Positions 25,438 to 40,812 of a stretch of 64,000 bases of DNA are shown piece by piece. Made by a program: the position numbers and the translations under genes. Positions within the stretch are counted from its first letter, which is position 1. The number at the start of each line of letters is the position of its first letter. Under the pieces are notes generated by a model, which was not told the origin of the DNA, made no database searches, and was given only the letters and a program-made list of their open reading frames with translations. The DNA is taken from positions 32,984,001 through 33,048,000 of the forward strand of contig OX597820.1 in assembly GCA_951406725.2 (NCBI GenBank), given 5' to 3'. Source of the DNA: Octopus vulgaris. Taxonomy: Eukaryota.

Positions 25438-25517
25438 TGTATGTATGTATGTATGTATGTATGTATGTATGTATGTATGTATGTATGTATGTATATACAA
25501 ACATTCTTATATTTTAT

Positions 25518-25885
25518 CTTTTACTTGTGTCAGTCATTAGACAGTGGCCATGCTGAGGCACCGCCTTGGAGAAATTTTAGTCCAACGATTCAACCCCAAG
25601 ACGCTTTTCAAAGACTGATACTTATTCCATCGGTCTCTTTTGCCGAATCGATCAGTTACAAGGATGTAAACAAACACCTATTGTCAATACGTGGTAGCGA
25701 GGGACAAACTTAGACACAAAGGCACATATACACACACGACGGGTTTCTTTCAGTTTCCGCCTACAAGATCCACGCAAATGGCTTTGGTTGGCTTAAGGCT
25801 ATAGTGGAAGACACTTGTCGAAGGTGTTACATAGTGGGAGTGAATATGGAACCATGCCGTTAGATTATCACATAGCCACACCTGT

Positions 25886-25890
<5 letters not shown>
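25518..25890 (-). mobile_element. SINE family A (degenerate)
   Basis: Reverse complement of the 3166-3660 pattern. Confidence 0.8.
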
Positions 25891-25946
<56 letters not shown>

Positions 25947-26334
25947 TATATATGTTTTCTTGATTAGCTACAAATGACAAAACGGCCACCACCACCAATA
26001 ACAACACAACGACGACGATGACAGCAAGAACAACAACAATAATAATGGTTTCAAATTATGGCGCAAAGTCAACAATTTTAGGGAAGTGATAAGCCCATTA
26101 TATCGACCCTAATGCTGAATTTTTTTTTTTAATTTGACCTCAGCAGGATTTGAAAACAGAGCACAAAGGGCCACAAGGAATACTGCAAAGCACTTTGTCC
26201 GACACTCTAACGAATCTGTCAAACATCTGTTGTTGTTGAAGTGTTGGGTACTTTAAGTATCAAGCGTACAAACCGGATTGAAAAGAGGATACGTGTGAAG
26301 TTTGAGTCTACATAGAATGTGTTGCTGAGAATAA

Positions 26335-26586
26335 TAAATACGCCCTTTTAAAGCCTAGCCAGCATCATGGGCCCGGTTTCCCGGTTTCAATGGTGTATGT
26401 GTTCCCCAGCTGGACGGGACGCCAGTCCATCGCAGCGTTACTCAATTTTATCAGCTGAGTGGACTGGAGCAACGTGAAATGAAGTGTTTTGTTCAAGAAC
26501 ACAACGCGTCGGCCGGTCCAGGAATCGAAACCACAATCTTACGATCATGATGCTGACACCCTAACCACCAAGCCATGCGCCTCCAC
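26335..26586 (-). mobile_element. SINE family B
   Basis: Reverse complement of 13723-13986. Confidence 0.9.
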
Positions 26587-26656
26587 TCCTCAACAAAGAT
26601 AACATTCTATTAATGAAGAATGTTATTTTAGTCCACTGGTTATGGACAGGTGACAC

Positions 26657-26822
26657 CACTAGCGTAGCTAGGGTGTGTGCCGCCCGGGGCGGCCCTTCCA
26701 TTTGCCGCCCCCAGACGCCACAAAAAAAAAAAAACACATATTGCTTACAGCAGACACAAGAGTGCCGCCCCTTTAAAAGTGCCGTCCGGAGTGGACTCTC
26801 CCCCTCGCCAGCTACGCTAGTG
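26657..26822. mobile_element. hAT-type MITE
   Basis: 13 bp TIR CACTAGCGTAGCT/AGCTACGCTAGTG; 8 bp TSD GGTGACAC/AGTGACAC (7/8 match). Confidence 0.85.
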
Positions 26823-26899
26823 AGTGACACCTTGTTACATTCTCCAGCGAGGTTGCGGTGCTAAACAAAACAGTAGCAACAACAACAACAAGAGCAATA

Positions 26900-27520
26900 C
26901 TGGTTTCAAATTTTGGAACAAAGCCACTAATTTTAGAAGAGTGAAGTCGATTACATTGACTCCAGCGCTCAACTTGCCCTTATTTCTGAGGGATGAAAGG
27001 CAAAGTCGACTTCAAGGGGCATTTGAATTGTAAATGTAAAACCGGAAGAAACGCTGCCATGCGGAAACGATTCTGTAAGCTCACCGCCTTAATAACAATA
27101 AAACTTCGTACTATTGGCACAAGACCTGAAATTTTGATGTAAAGGGTCTAGTCGATTACATCGACTCCAAGGCCTTGACTGGTATTTGTTTTATCGACCT
27201 CGAAAAGACTAAAAGGCAAAGTTGACCTCGGTGGAATTTAAACTCAGAACATAAAGACGGGCGTGCTAACGATTCTACCTGCCTACCGCCTTATTTTCTA
27301 TTAACAATGGCTTCAAATTTTGGCACAAGGCCAGCGAGTTCGAAGAGAAAGTAAATTGATTACAACGATTCCAGTGTTTTACTGGTTCTGATTTTATCGA
27401 CTTCGGAAGGATGAAAGACGAAGTCGATCTCGGCAGAATTTGACCTCAGAACATAAAGACGGATGAAATGCTACTCAGCATTTAGTCCGGCGTGCTAACA
27501 ATTCTGTAAGCTCGCCACAC
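26900..27520 (-). mobile_element. Cluster of three tandem SINE family C copies
   Basis: Three ~200 bp units, each with TCAAATTTTGG-like start, GGATGAAAGGCAAAGTCGAC-like core and CTCGCC-like end. Confidence 0.75.
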
Positions 27521-27843
27521 TAATAACAACTAAAAGAAATGCATATGTATGTTGGTATGTATGCATCTTTGTATGCCAATATATGATAATATAGTACATA
27601 TATAACTTAATAATATATGCATGTATTTGTGCATGTAACAAATAAAAAAATTGTGTGTGTGAGTGTGTGTGTGAGTGTATGTGTGAGTGTATGTGTTTCT
27701 TTCTCTCTGGCAGTAGTATATATAATGTATGTATGTATATATGTATGAATGTAAGCATTTATTTATATATAAATATATATGTATATATAGATATGTATAT
27801 GTAGATATGTATATATTATATATATATATTTGCTATACATATA

Positions 27844-27910
<67 letters not shown>

Positions 27911-28666
27911 CTGCGTGTTTCTGTACGCATTTGTAGGAAGAATATGTGGTCTTAATATAATGAGGGTGTAACGAAATAAGATAATCATTGTGGTAGAGGC
28001 GACAGTTTTGTCAGATAAAATAACCATTTACTGTTGGGGGTTTAATTGTGAAAACAGATAAATGTCTACAGTGTTTTATGAGTGTTACATGAGTGTAGAT
28101 ATGCATGTGTGTACGGCTGAATGCATGTATGTATGTATGCATGTATGTATGTATGTATGTATGTATGTATGTATGTATGTATGTATGTATGTATGTATGT
28201 ATAAACACATATTATATACACATATAATAACATACACTCACTCACACACACACGTATATATATATACACACATAAATATATATATATTGTATATATACGT
28301 AAATATATATACATATGTATATGTTTATACATAGATAGATACATACATACATATATATGTATGCTTGCATGTATAAATATATATACGTGTTTATGTATAT
28401 ATATATATAATCATGTTTGTATATAATGTGTTTATATAATATGCATACATACATACACAGAAACATACACACACACATACATATATACAGAGAGGAGTAC
28501 AAAGGGGGAAGTTAAAGGGGAGGAGAAATGGGTCGAGGGAGGAGAGAGGGACAGAGGGAAAGAGAGAGGTTGGAAGATATTTGCTTTCTATTGATACATA
28601 TACATATATATATATACATACATTCATACGTGCATACATACATACATACATACATACATACATACA

Positions 28667-28698
<32 letters not shown>

Positions 28699-28699
28699 A

Positions 28700-28862
28700 T
28701 AACAAAGGGTAAAATTAATTAATTAAGAAGTAATCAATAATTTCACCAAGTAGAATTCGGCATGAAAAAGACCATTTCACGGTAAACTTGAGTAATACTT
28801 TAAAATTAGGGTTCAGCAAGGGTGGTAAAGCAAATCCTTGCTGAACCCTAATTTTAAAGTAT
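28700..28862. repeat. Fold-back with left tail next to (TA)n
   Basis: Perfect 27 bp arms 28795-28821/28836-28862; tail similar to ~17225-17320. Confidence 0.9.
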
Positions 28863-28946
28863 ATATATATATATATATATGATTAAGATAGGTGAGATCA
28901 GTGTACTGAGTCCTCGCGTTTTTTTTTTTGACACCAACCACGGCAT

Positions 28947-28995
28947 ACTAATCTCATGAGTTTCCCAGGCAACTAATCATTGCTCTCATCAATTA
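28947..28995 (-). ncRNA. Degenerate hammerhead motif
   Basis: TTGATGA-ga-GCAA-tgattag-TTGC-ctgg-GAAA-CTCATGAG (palindromic stem III). Confidence 0.45.
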
Positions 28996-29089
28996 AGGCG
29001 GTATTGATTATGTTAGATGTATAAATGAGCCCAGATATATATGCAATTGCTTCTGATTTAACTTGTTTCAACTAAAGAATTGTGGCCAC

Positions 29090-29500
29090 GCTGAGACAGC
29101 AAAACTGGTCTTGCTACATTTTCATTTAGTCTACTGTTTTGGTTGGCCTTTGGTGAATAACGAAGTTTCAGTTTACATTTCCTAGGGTCAAGTTAGCTGA
29201 TTCAGGTCTCTCGACTTTCAGAGATCCAGTTAAATTTTGAAGACATCCATCCCATGTAGGGAGCTCAAGTCTTTCGGGTAGATATTGAAGAAGTGTGGGT
29301 TTTTGAATGGCAATTTGTTAAAATATCTAGTCTCATATTACGAAGGCAAGAGTGGGATCTTCGGCGTTATGTAAGGGTATGCTTTACTGGTGTGTTTACG
29401 ACTTTTAGTGCCAAAGTTTGGAATAAATCCTTCCAGAATCTTCCAGGTATATACTACGGCGTATCTTTCCCACTTTCACTCCAGGGATTAGAGAATCAAC
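29090..29500 (-). mobile_element. CR1/L2-group LINE 3' fragment
   Basis: SLE*KWERYAVVYTWKILEGFIPNFG; same family as 63430-63990. Confidence 0.7.
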
Positions 29501-30121
29501 CTACTAATAAATCCTAATAAATCCTAATAAATATTAATAGATACTAATAAATACATAGATAAACAGAGAGACAGACCGACAGAGAGAAAGTGACCTTAAT
29601 GTTATATAATTTACTTTGAATTCTCAAGAAGTAAAATACTTAAGGGAGAAGGGGACAGTAGAAGGCCTTGAAAGAAGCGCCACTTCCTTATGCAGGTGCT
29701 TCGGCCTTAAACTCTAGGCGCTCAGTAAATATCACAAAACACTTTTAGCTGAAAGATACATATTAGTGCACTTGTACAGGAATCATTTAAGTCGTTGTAC
29801 ATTATTGCATTTGTTGTACTTTGTTTAGTTTTCTAATTTTGTTTCCTTATTTATTTGCAGAGAATAATCGTAGTTATTACGTTTTTCCTATATTTTTAAT
29901 TTGCACCTGGGACAATAGAATTTGCACCAAAATACATCTTTATTTTGCATTCAGAACCGATCTAGTTTCATGGCGTCAGAAAACACACACACATACGTAT
30001 ATATGTACATATATATATATATATATATATACATACACAGATAGATGCATATACATATATACAAATACATACATACATATATATACATATAAACATATAT
30101 ATATATATGTATATGTATACA

Positions 30122-30187
<66 letters not shown>

Positions 30188-30260
30188 ATCCTATCAGGTG
30201 GTGCTATTAAGTTAGACATGGCCTGGACCAATCATTGGTCGAAACATCTAAGTTTATCTA

Positions 30261-30318
<58 letters not shown>

Positions 30319-30428
30319 TATAAGTACGTACATATATACATGTAACACAAGGGAGCGTGGTGACCTTTTAACATCTCTTTGAAAAAAGATTTCGTCATTC
30401 AACTTCCTTTTTAGGTTGAGGGTATGTG

Positions 30429-30498
<70 letters not shown>

Positions 30499-30980
30499 TT
30501 GTGTGTGTGTGTGTGTGTGTATGTAGGTATATATGTATGTATGTATGTATGAATGTATGTATGCTTGCATGTATGTATGTATGTATGTATGTATGTATGT
30601 ATGATTGTATGTATGTATGCATGCATGTATGTATGTATGTATGTATGTATGTATGTATGTATGTATGTATGTATGTATGTATGTATGAGCGTATGTGTGA
30701 GTTGGTGTATGTATGCTAACAGCACGAGTGAAATGAGAATGAGACAGTCGGACAACGCAAGACGTTTATAACGAGTAGACAAAATTTGAAAAGGAGGTGG
30801 GCCAAATGTAAATACGCATAAAAGAATATTAAAAAATTGTACACAGTGTTGCTTATGTCAAAAAATATATATACGCCGTGGCATATGGCGTGACTTCGGT
30901 GTATTTTGGATCTAAAAGAGCCCATCTTACCCCATGGTTAGCCACAACTGATTTCTTCCAGAGGTAGGGAGGGAGGAAGG

Positions 30981-31190
30981 GAGGCGGCGAGCTGGATGAA
31001 TCGTTAGCATGCCGGGCGAAATGCTTAGTGGTATTTCGTCTGTCTTTACGTTCTGAGTTCAAATTCCGCCGAGGTCGACTTTGCCTTTCATCCTTTCGGG
31101 GTCGATAAATTAAGTACCAGTTGCGTACTGAGGTCGATCTAATCGACTGGCCCCCACCCCAAAAATTCGGGCCTTGTGCCTAGAGTTGAA
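30981..31190 (+). mobile_element. SINE family C
   Basis: GGCGGCGAGCTGG..GAGTTCAAATTCCGCCGAGGTCGACTTTGCCTTTCATCCTTTCGGGGTCGATAAA. Confidence 0.9.
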
Positions 31191-31590
31191 AAGTGAGGGA
31201 GGAAAGGAGGGAAGGAGGGAAGGAGGGAGAGAAAGGGAAACAGACAGACAGATAGAGAGGGAAGAAAGAGAGAGAAAGAGACAGGGACAGAGAGAGAGAG
31301 GGAGAAGGAAGAAGAAGAGAGAGAGAGAGGGAAGAGAGAAGCAGGGACTGATATAGAAAGGATAAAATTTAGCGCTAGTGGTATTTGAACTCGAGAACGA
31401 AGAATGACGGACCGAATAAAGCAATACATATAATCAGGTAGTCTATTTGGTTTGGACAATTCGTTTTGTTTTTTATAAAGAAAATGCTTGGTTGTTTGTT
31501 GGTTAGTTTGTCTGTTTTCTCGCTTGTGTAAGTGTGAATGTGTAAGTGTGTTTCTATACGTATAGTCACACAGAGAAATTTATATGCATA

Positions 31591-31629
<39 letters not shown>

Positions 31630-31633
<4 letters not shown>

Positions 31634-31886
31634 CATTATTACACATAAATGCCTCTTGCTTCGAAAACTGCATTAGGTACGATTAGTGAAATTTTGGTAG
31701 TAATGATTTATGTCCCTCTTAGCGTGAGGCATTTATGTGTAATAATGCCCTCTATATAATATAAATTAATATTTTCAAAAGAAAAAATTATTTTCGAAAT
31801 TTTTTTCTCTTATGAGGTTTTTCACGCTAACTACCTGATAATTTCTTGTTAAGATTCCTTATTAAGAAGTTATCCTTAATTGTTAA

Positions 31887-31890
<4 letters not shown>
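31630..31890. repeat. Fold-back with right tail in (TA)n
   Basis: 26 bp arms 31630-31655/31726-31751; tail similar to 5388-5480. Confidence 0.9.
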
Positions 31891-31943
<53 letters not shown>

Positions 31944-32067
31944 ACAGTGAGAATGAGTGCTCAAATCGGTGGATAAATGTTCTCTATTTGTGAGTTATTA
32001 ACGAGGCTACCATTGGTTTCATGCAGTAAATTCCTAGCATTGTGAAGCCTTATTCACCCACAAATAA

Positions 32068-32109
<42 letters not shown>

Positions 32110-32219
32110 TGTGTGCGTTTGTGTGTGTATGTTTGTGTGTGTATGTTTGTGTGTGTATATACATACATACGTACGTACATACAAACATACAGCATGTAAA
32201 CATGAAAGTATCACACTTC

Positions 32220-32575
32220 TAAATCATGAGCAGCACTCATTTAAAGACCCCACTGCCAAAAATCCAATTGTTGAATCTTGCTATCACATACGATCTCTGC
32301 TGGCAAAAGCACATCTTAAACGTAGTTAAGATATCATCCCGGCTTCTAACCGCTCTCCTTAAGGTTAGAAGATACTTCAACTGTGGTTAATCTACCAAGC
32401 TCAAATGAGGCCCATAATTAAGTATTGCTCTCATACCTGGGATGGTACGATGCTACTGTTGCTGTACACAGAGACATCCTTGATTGCATGCAGAAAAGAG
32501 CCACCCGACTGACTGGCATGAAGTCAATAATAGACACGCGCCACTCTCTGGTTCACAAGCGAACCATGTCCTCCA
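32220..32575 (+). mobile_element. Jockey/I-group LINE C-terminal fragment split by a mariner
   Basis: IYQAQMRPIIKYCSHTWDG..LDCMQKRATRL..HSLVHKRTMSS, resuming as FYCYYTGCCS at ~34283. Confidence 0.7.
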
Positions 32576-33027
32576 CATGGTGCGTTCCAGAAGTTTTTAG
32601 ACTTTTTCAGGAGAGACATTTACTGATTTTAAAGAAGTCCAAAACTCTAATCTCCTTCAAAGTAGGATTCTCTGACTTCAATACAATTGTTGTAGCGCTC
32701 CAGATACTGCTGAGGCACCATCGAAGCCCTCCAAAGTGAAGGTGTCCAAGATTCTTGTCACAGCCTCCTTCACTTCAAACCTATTGCTCCCGACGTTCTC
32801 CTTAAGTTTGGGGAACATCAAAAAGTCACAGAGAGCAAGACATGGACTGTAGGATGGGTGAGGGACAGTTTTGATACCGATCTCTGTCAAGTGGTTGGTT
32901 ATCAGGATGCTCGTTACTAAACACCATGGGAACAATCAAATCTCCATGAGTAATTTTGTGTACAGTTGCCACACCAATTCCAAACTGTATGCTTATTGTC
33001 TTTACAGACACGACGATCTACATCCAA

Positions 33028-33530
<503 letters not shown>

Positions 33531-33856
33531 GAATCAGCTCTGATGCTTTGACATCCATCCTTCTTCACGCCGACACCTCTCATCGTCTCTCACCTCCTCT
33601 CTACCGTCCTTGAACTTCTTGTACAACGAAACAATTAATCCATATGTAGTCTGGAGCATTTCATAAGTTTCTGTAGCAATTTTGTCTGGTTCAACACGAG
33701 GCGTTATTGCAAAGCGAGCTTCGAAACGTCCCGACTGCATTCCGCTGACTAGTCACCTGCGACAAGCCGTGTTTAGTAAGGAGTGCTCAAAGTGCTGTCA
33801 CAGCTGTCTCCTTCAATCTGGAATAACTAAAGTCAGCAGGTCTGCTTATGACATAT

Positions 33857-34178
33857 TATTTATTTATTTATTCATGTGCACTTTTTAAGCCTAGCCAGGC
33901 TTATGGGCCTGGTTTCCCGGTTTCTATGGCGTTTGTGTTCCCCTCAGCTGGATGGGACGCCAGTCCATCGCAGCGTTACTCAAGAAACAGGAAGAAAGAG
34001 TCATAGAAAGTTCGGGCTAAAGAGTACAACAGGGGTCGCCACCACCCCCTGCCGGAGACTCGTGGAGCTTAAGGTGTTTTCGGTCAATAAACACACACAA
34101 CGCCCAGTCAGGGAATCGAAACCGCGATCCTCCGACCGCGAGTCCGCTGCCCTAACCACTGGGCCATTGCACCTCTAC
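33857..34178 (-). mobile_element. SINE family B/B2
   Basis: 13 bp TSD GCTTATGACATAT (33844-33856/34179-34191); tRNA-like head at the right end. Confidence 0.9.
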
Positions 34179-35044
34179 GCTTATGACATATACAATAATA
34201 ATATACTATGATTACAATAATTTAGTACAGTTACAACCGCTTCTCATAAAAAAGTCTCAAAATTTCTTGAATGCACCTCGTAGTTTTTCTACTGCTACTA
34301 CACTGGCTGTTGCTCACCGAGGCGACTGGGCTCATGCTACCTCTAGTTAGGCATTTCCCTACTCACCTCTCCTCTTCTCTCCACCTTTGTTGTGCCCCAA
34401 TCCACTTCCAGGCCCAGCACCAAAGATTACAGTCAGTTTTTCCCTGAACACCGGGCTTCAGTAAGCTCATTTCTGCTCATATCTTTCCCGCGTGATTTCA
34501 CTTACAAAGATTTGAGAGGAGCATTAATGTATCACCAATCCCATTAATCTAAGACAGGAGTCGGCAAAGGAGTCAATATTGACTCCCGAGGTCTATCTGG
34601 CTAATCAAGGGATCGATATGATTTAAAGCATTAAGGATACAGAATTATTAGTGAAATGATTTTTCATCAGAAATAAGAATCGTTTTAAAACTTCTGGAAT
34701 GCACCTCGCATTTTTCTACTGCTACTACACTGACTGTTGTCTTAGTTAAATAATTTCAAAATGATTCGGCTCAACCAATAAGTATTTATTACATGACCAA
34801 CCTCAGAAGTCACCGCACGCCACTGATATATATATATATATATATATATATTGGTGTATATATGTATATTGGTGTATTGTCATTTTTTTTTTGCCAAATA
34901 GACATACGCACTAGATATATATTGGTGTATTTCGGTATGGTCATTTTTTTTCTTTGCCAAATAGACACACGCACTATATATATATATATATATATATATA
35001 TCTTCACTCGTATATTACTGTTCTTATTTCAGCTCATGCCCATT

Positions 35045-35087
35045 GTCTGGAAATCTTTCGTCACACATCTGTGATCTCTTCAGTAAC
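35045..35087 (-). ncRNA. Minimal hammerhead motif, same family as 13386
   Basis: CTGAAGA-g-aTCACA-gatg-TGTGAc-GAAA-gattt-ccagac; tail runs into (TA)n near 35000. Confidence 0.6.
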
Positions 35088-35189
35088 ACTTTTAGTTTTC
35101 GTATGTGTTCTTGCTACACTTACTCCTTTCTGTTCTTCTAAGATGTGCATCCTTAGAAGAACAGTGTGAAGTAAGTGGAAGTCAATTTG

Positions 35190-36281
<1,092 letters not shown>

Positions 36282-36881
36282 CTTAAATTTTTCAAGGCAC
36301 CGAAAGAAAGGATTTTAAAACAAATTCAACTTTTGTTTTCATCTTTTTTTTTTCAAAACATGATGGGGATTGATAAGTTATCAAAGTTTCCATGTGGGGG
36401 TCAATGACATAAGAAGTTTGCCGATCCTTCATCTAGGAAGACCTACGAAGACCAGGAGCCCCACCACCATCACCACCACCACCACTGAACCTTCTAGACT
36501 CACCAAGTAAAAAAATAGCAACCAAAAAAACTCCACACTTTGTGACACATCACCTTGCATCTCCATACATCGTCACACATCTTCAAACATTGCCTCACCT
36601 TTCCACACATGGCCAAGACATTACAGTTCGGCACATCGTCAGGCTGCTCCCAACAACTTCATACATCGCCACACAGCATATTATAAAAGCATCTCTTCTA
36701 TACATCTCCTCACACCTCCTCACATATCCATGTATCGCCAAGAGCAGTGTGAAATAAATTTGCAAACCTAATCAAAATGGACATGACAGGTATTGAATAA
36801 ACTGTTCTTTTGTTATAGAAGAGGTTTTCGTCTCTTTTATACACATCAGCACATCTTTTCAGGCAGATGTCTCCAAACGAT

Positions 36882-36936
<55 letters not shown>

Positions 36937-37078
36937 TACGGCGAAGACAGTGATGATTGCGATGACGATGATGATGGCGTTATTAACAGGAATGAAAGGT
37001 AATAACTTTATAATTAATGATAACAGCAGCAACAACAACAACAACAACAACAATAATGATGATGATGATAATGATGAT

Positions 37079-37134
<56 letters not shown>

Positions 37135-38001
37135 CAAGGACATCAACAACAATATTAACAACACTATATTAATAGCAAGAAGAAAGAGGGACAAAGAAAA
37201 AAAAAAGAAAGAAAATGCTAAGATGAAATAGAGAAGAGGAGGAAGGTGGAAAGGAAGAAAAGCGGAAGGGAGGACGAAATGCGATAAGGAAGAAATTTGA
37301 CAGACTCTTATTAAACCTCAATCACCTGCTTGCATTTTGTTTTCATTCTTCAATTCTTTCATTCTATTATTGCTTCACCACCCACATTTATTCTCTTTAT
37401 TCTCTTATTCTGCTGTTGTTATTGGCTTCAGTCCTCCTTATGACTGTAATGAAGAAATGATTATCCGCTTAAATCATTTGTTGCATTCTTGTTTATGTAG
37501 CTGTTCTCGTTGTTGCTGGTCGTTGTTATTTGTACAACATATTAATAAATGCGAGCCCTCTCTCTTTCCTGCTTTCTTTCTTCTTTCTTTCCTTTCTTTC
37601 CTTCTTTCTTTCTTCCTTTGTTTGTGTGTGTATACACACATACATATGCATGTAATACGTGTGTGTGTGTGCGTGTGTTTACGAATTACTCTATAACACG
37701 TGTATTTGAAAAACTCAACAGCGAAAGCAATTATACGCAAAACGCAAATTTCCTTCCCAAAGGTTTGTATCATTCTATTTTTTAAGATTATTTTAAAGAT
37801 TTGAATATAATTAATAACTTTTATTAAAAAAATAAATCTGCCATTAAATATTGTGACTATAAAACTTTTGCAAAAACCGTTCGAGTAGTGATGGGATCAG
37901 GAAAAGAATATTTTCCCAGTGAGAAACAGATGTAATTTAATGAATACACGAGCTACTTTAAGTTTCATGCACAGGCTCAAGTATAACTCCCGTGTTCACT
38001 A

Positions 38002-38066
<65 letters not shown>

Positions 38067-38334
38067 TTGTCAGCGCCATATGTAGAACACCAAAGGCGTT
38101 CTGATTTTCATATTTCAATTTAATTTCCTGATGAAACAGTTTACTCATCTCATTCAAATTAATTACGTATCAGGAACTCTATTATTCAATTGCCGCCTTT
38201 AAGAGATTTGGATGTATTTGTGGGAGACTTAGCTGAAGCGGTAGGCTAGTAAATTCATCACTAGCCTCAGGGACGTTTTCAGTTTTGATGTATTTATCTA
38301 AAGAGGGTGACAACAGGGTGGGAGATTCTTCGAC

Positions 38335-38387
<53 letters not shown>

Positions 38388-38419
38388 TTATTTCGATACC
38401 TTATCAGGATTGTTGATAA

Positions 38420-39755
38420 TATATACAAAAGAGAAAACGAAATATTGTAAGAGAGCAAGGCCAAATTATTAGCATAGTCTACATCAGTTGTTCTTTGAGC
38501 TGAATGCTTGATCGATCCTCTTTTTCCACCAAGAAACAGCTGTATGGCGATCTCCTGTCCATTTCTACTATTACAAGGGAATGGCACTTACCCTTTGCGG
38601 ATCATTGCTGGAGAGTTAAACAAGAGCTAACAAGAGGAGCTACAGCCATGGATGCTAAAGCATGACCGTACTAGAGCAGGTCGTCTGATTACAATTTATG
38701 TAGATCAACTCATCAGAGACACTCAAGCATATCGTCTGAACACTACCAATGTATTGGGGAGGGGTACCCAAAAGAAACCGGAATTTTGCAATATTATTTA
38801 TTCACTTTTATATGTTTACACTTTTATCGCTTTCAAAGTAATCTCCATTTGAAGCAATGCATCGGTTCAGACGCGTTTTCCTCTATTCGAAGTAGTGTTG
38901 GAACTCATGCGAAGTGATTCCTTCTAATGCCTCCGTTGTTTTCTTTTTTTCTTCACCTCTTCCACATCTGCACATTCCGTAACACCTGCTTTTGTCACCA
39001 GTGATGACCTTCGGAAAAGAGTCCGGATCAATTTCCAACTGTTTTTTCAGTTCGTGACACTCATTCAATCGTGACCGCTTTGGATTTTCCGTGAGCAAGC
39101 GAGACACAAATTTGGCTGCGACTCTTTTCATTCGCAATTCCTCGCTGAAAATTCGTTGGCAGCAGCTTCAGGACACACCAGTAATATCAACAAGTTCGCC
39201 AATTGTTCGGTGACGATCCTCCAGGATCAGTTCATGAATTTTCATGAGGTTTTCGTTCGATCAGGAGGTCAATGGTCGTCCTGAACGAGGGCGGTTTTTA
39301 AGCGACAAGTGACCATCCCTAAAGCGTGGAAACCACTCGTAAGCTTGTGTTTTGTTCATGGTAGCAGCTTCTGAAGCATGACAGCTATTCCGGCCGCCGT
39401 TTGCTCCAGCAGAAAACAGAATTTCACCGAAGCACGCTATTCTTTTGCTTCAGACTTCGGCGAACAGGGAAAAAGCACTGCAAAACAAAGACGCACCACG
39501 TGGCAGTACGACACCACCCAAAGACGCCGGTCGGCAGACTGATGATTGAGGGCCGCATCAAGTGGATTCTAGCGGCGGAAGCCTGAACTACAACAAGCTT
39601 GTCCCACAGAGAATGTTTCCGGTTACTTTTGGATACCCCCTCGTAGATCAACTCACCAGAGAAACTGGAAGCATTGCCGAAGACTTCGCAGGACCGAGAT
39701 GGCTGTTATGGGCGGGTTAAAATGTCTGAGCAAGCCTGACCAAATGATGATTAAA
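38420..39755 (+). mobile_element. RTE-like LINE 3' end with inverted 5' piece, split by a mariner
   Basis: + strand HCWRVKQEL..GRLITIYVDQLIRDT; - strand TDVDYANNLALLS (YADD region) at ~38450-38520. Confidence 0.65.
38756..39644 (-). mobile_element. Internally deleted mariner
   Basis: TIRs GAGGGGTACCCAAAAGAAACCGGAA / TTCCGGTTACTTTTGGATACCCCCTCG+TA; MKRVAAKFVSRLL..KVITGDKS. Confidence 0.9.
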
Positions 39756-40135
39756 ATGACACTCTTTAGAACGTCTTCATGGGTTACATGGTCTTGCCTG
39801 TGCATTGCCAGAATTTTTTTTCAAGCATCTTTCGTAGAATACATCAAGCCTTCCGTCGATTTTCACGGTGATTTCCATGGCCACTTTCATGGAGAACTGT
39901 TGGTAGAACTACAATATTAAAAAGCCAGTTCCCTGTGTGTTAGCTTTTGGTATTCGAGCACCAAATAGTAAACACTCACTGGAATACCATCACGGCTTTG
40001 CCAATTCCATAAATATGTTATACATATAATATAAAATTATATATATATGATCTATGAAGAAAATTCAACAAAAGAAGTACTCCATCTGGTGAGATAAATA
40101 TTATTTATTTAATACGTGCATTGTGACCTTAAATG

Positions 40136-40180
<45 letters not shown>

Positions 40181-40308
40181 TATATATATTATTATATATG
40201 TATGTATGTATTTGTGTGTGTGTGTGTGAGTGTGCGTGCATATGCACTTGCGGATATGATGCAAATAGTTTGAATAAACATGCAGTTAGCAATTGATGTG
40301 CAAATGTG

Positions 40309-40339
<31 letters not shown>

Positions 40340-40739
40340 TGTATCTATGTATCTATGTATGTATGTATGTATATACATATGCTTATTTAATGCATAATAT
40401 GGAAATATATTGACAAAACTTACCCATTAACACACTGTGACGGTGTCTTAGTTAATTAAGATACTTTTATTAATTCCCATTACAACACCCGCCAGTTATA
40501 ATCGTTGTGATCTAGGTTTAACAAGCTAATTAAGAAAGAGATAAATCACTCAATTATTGATATAATAATACTCTGGTGACGTGCTCAAAACCGGTGTATT
40601 CATCTAATATGTCCCAGATTGTATAACATTCCAGTATCATGTAAGTTGTATCCGTTGATGCATTAATGAATAGTGAGACTGTATCACGCTGTCACCTTCT
40701 GGTTCTACTAATACTACTCCTTTCCCATAGTGTCGAGGT

Positions 40740-40811
<72 letters not shown>

Positions 40812-40812
<1 letters not shown>

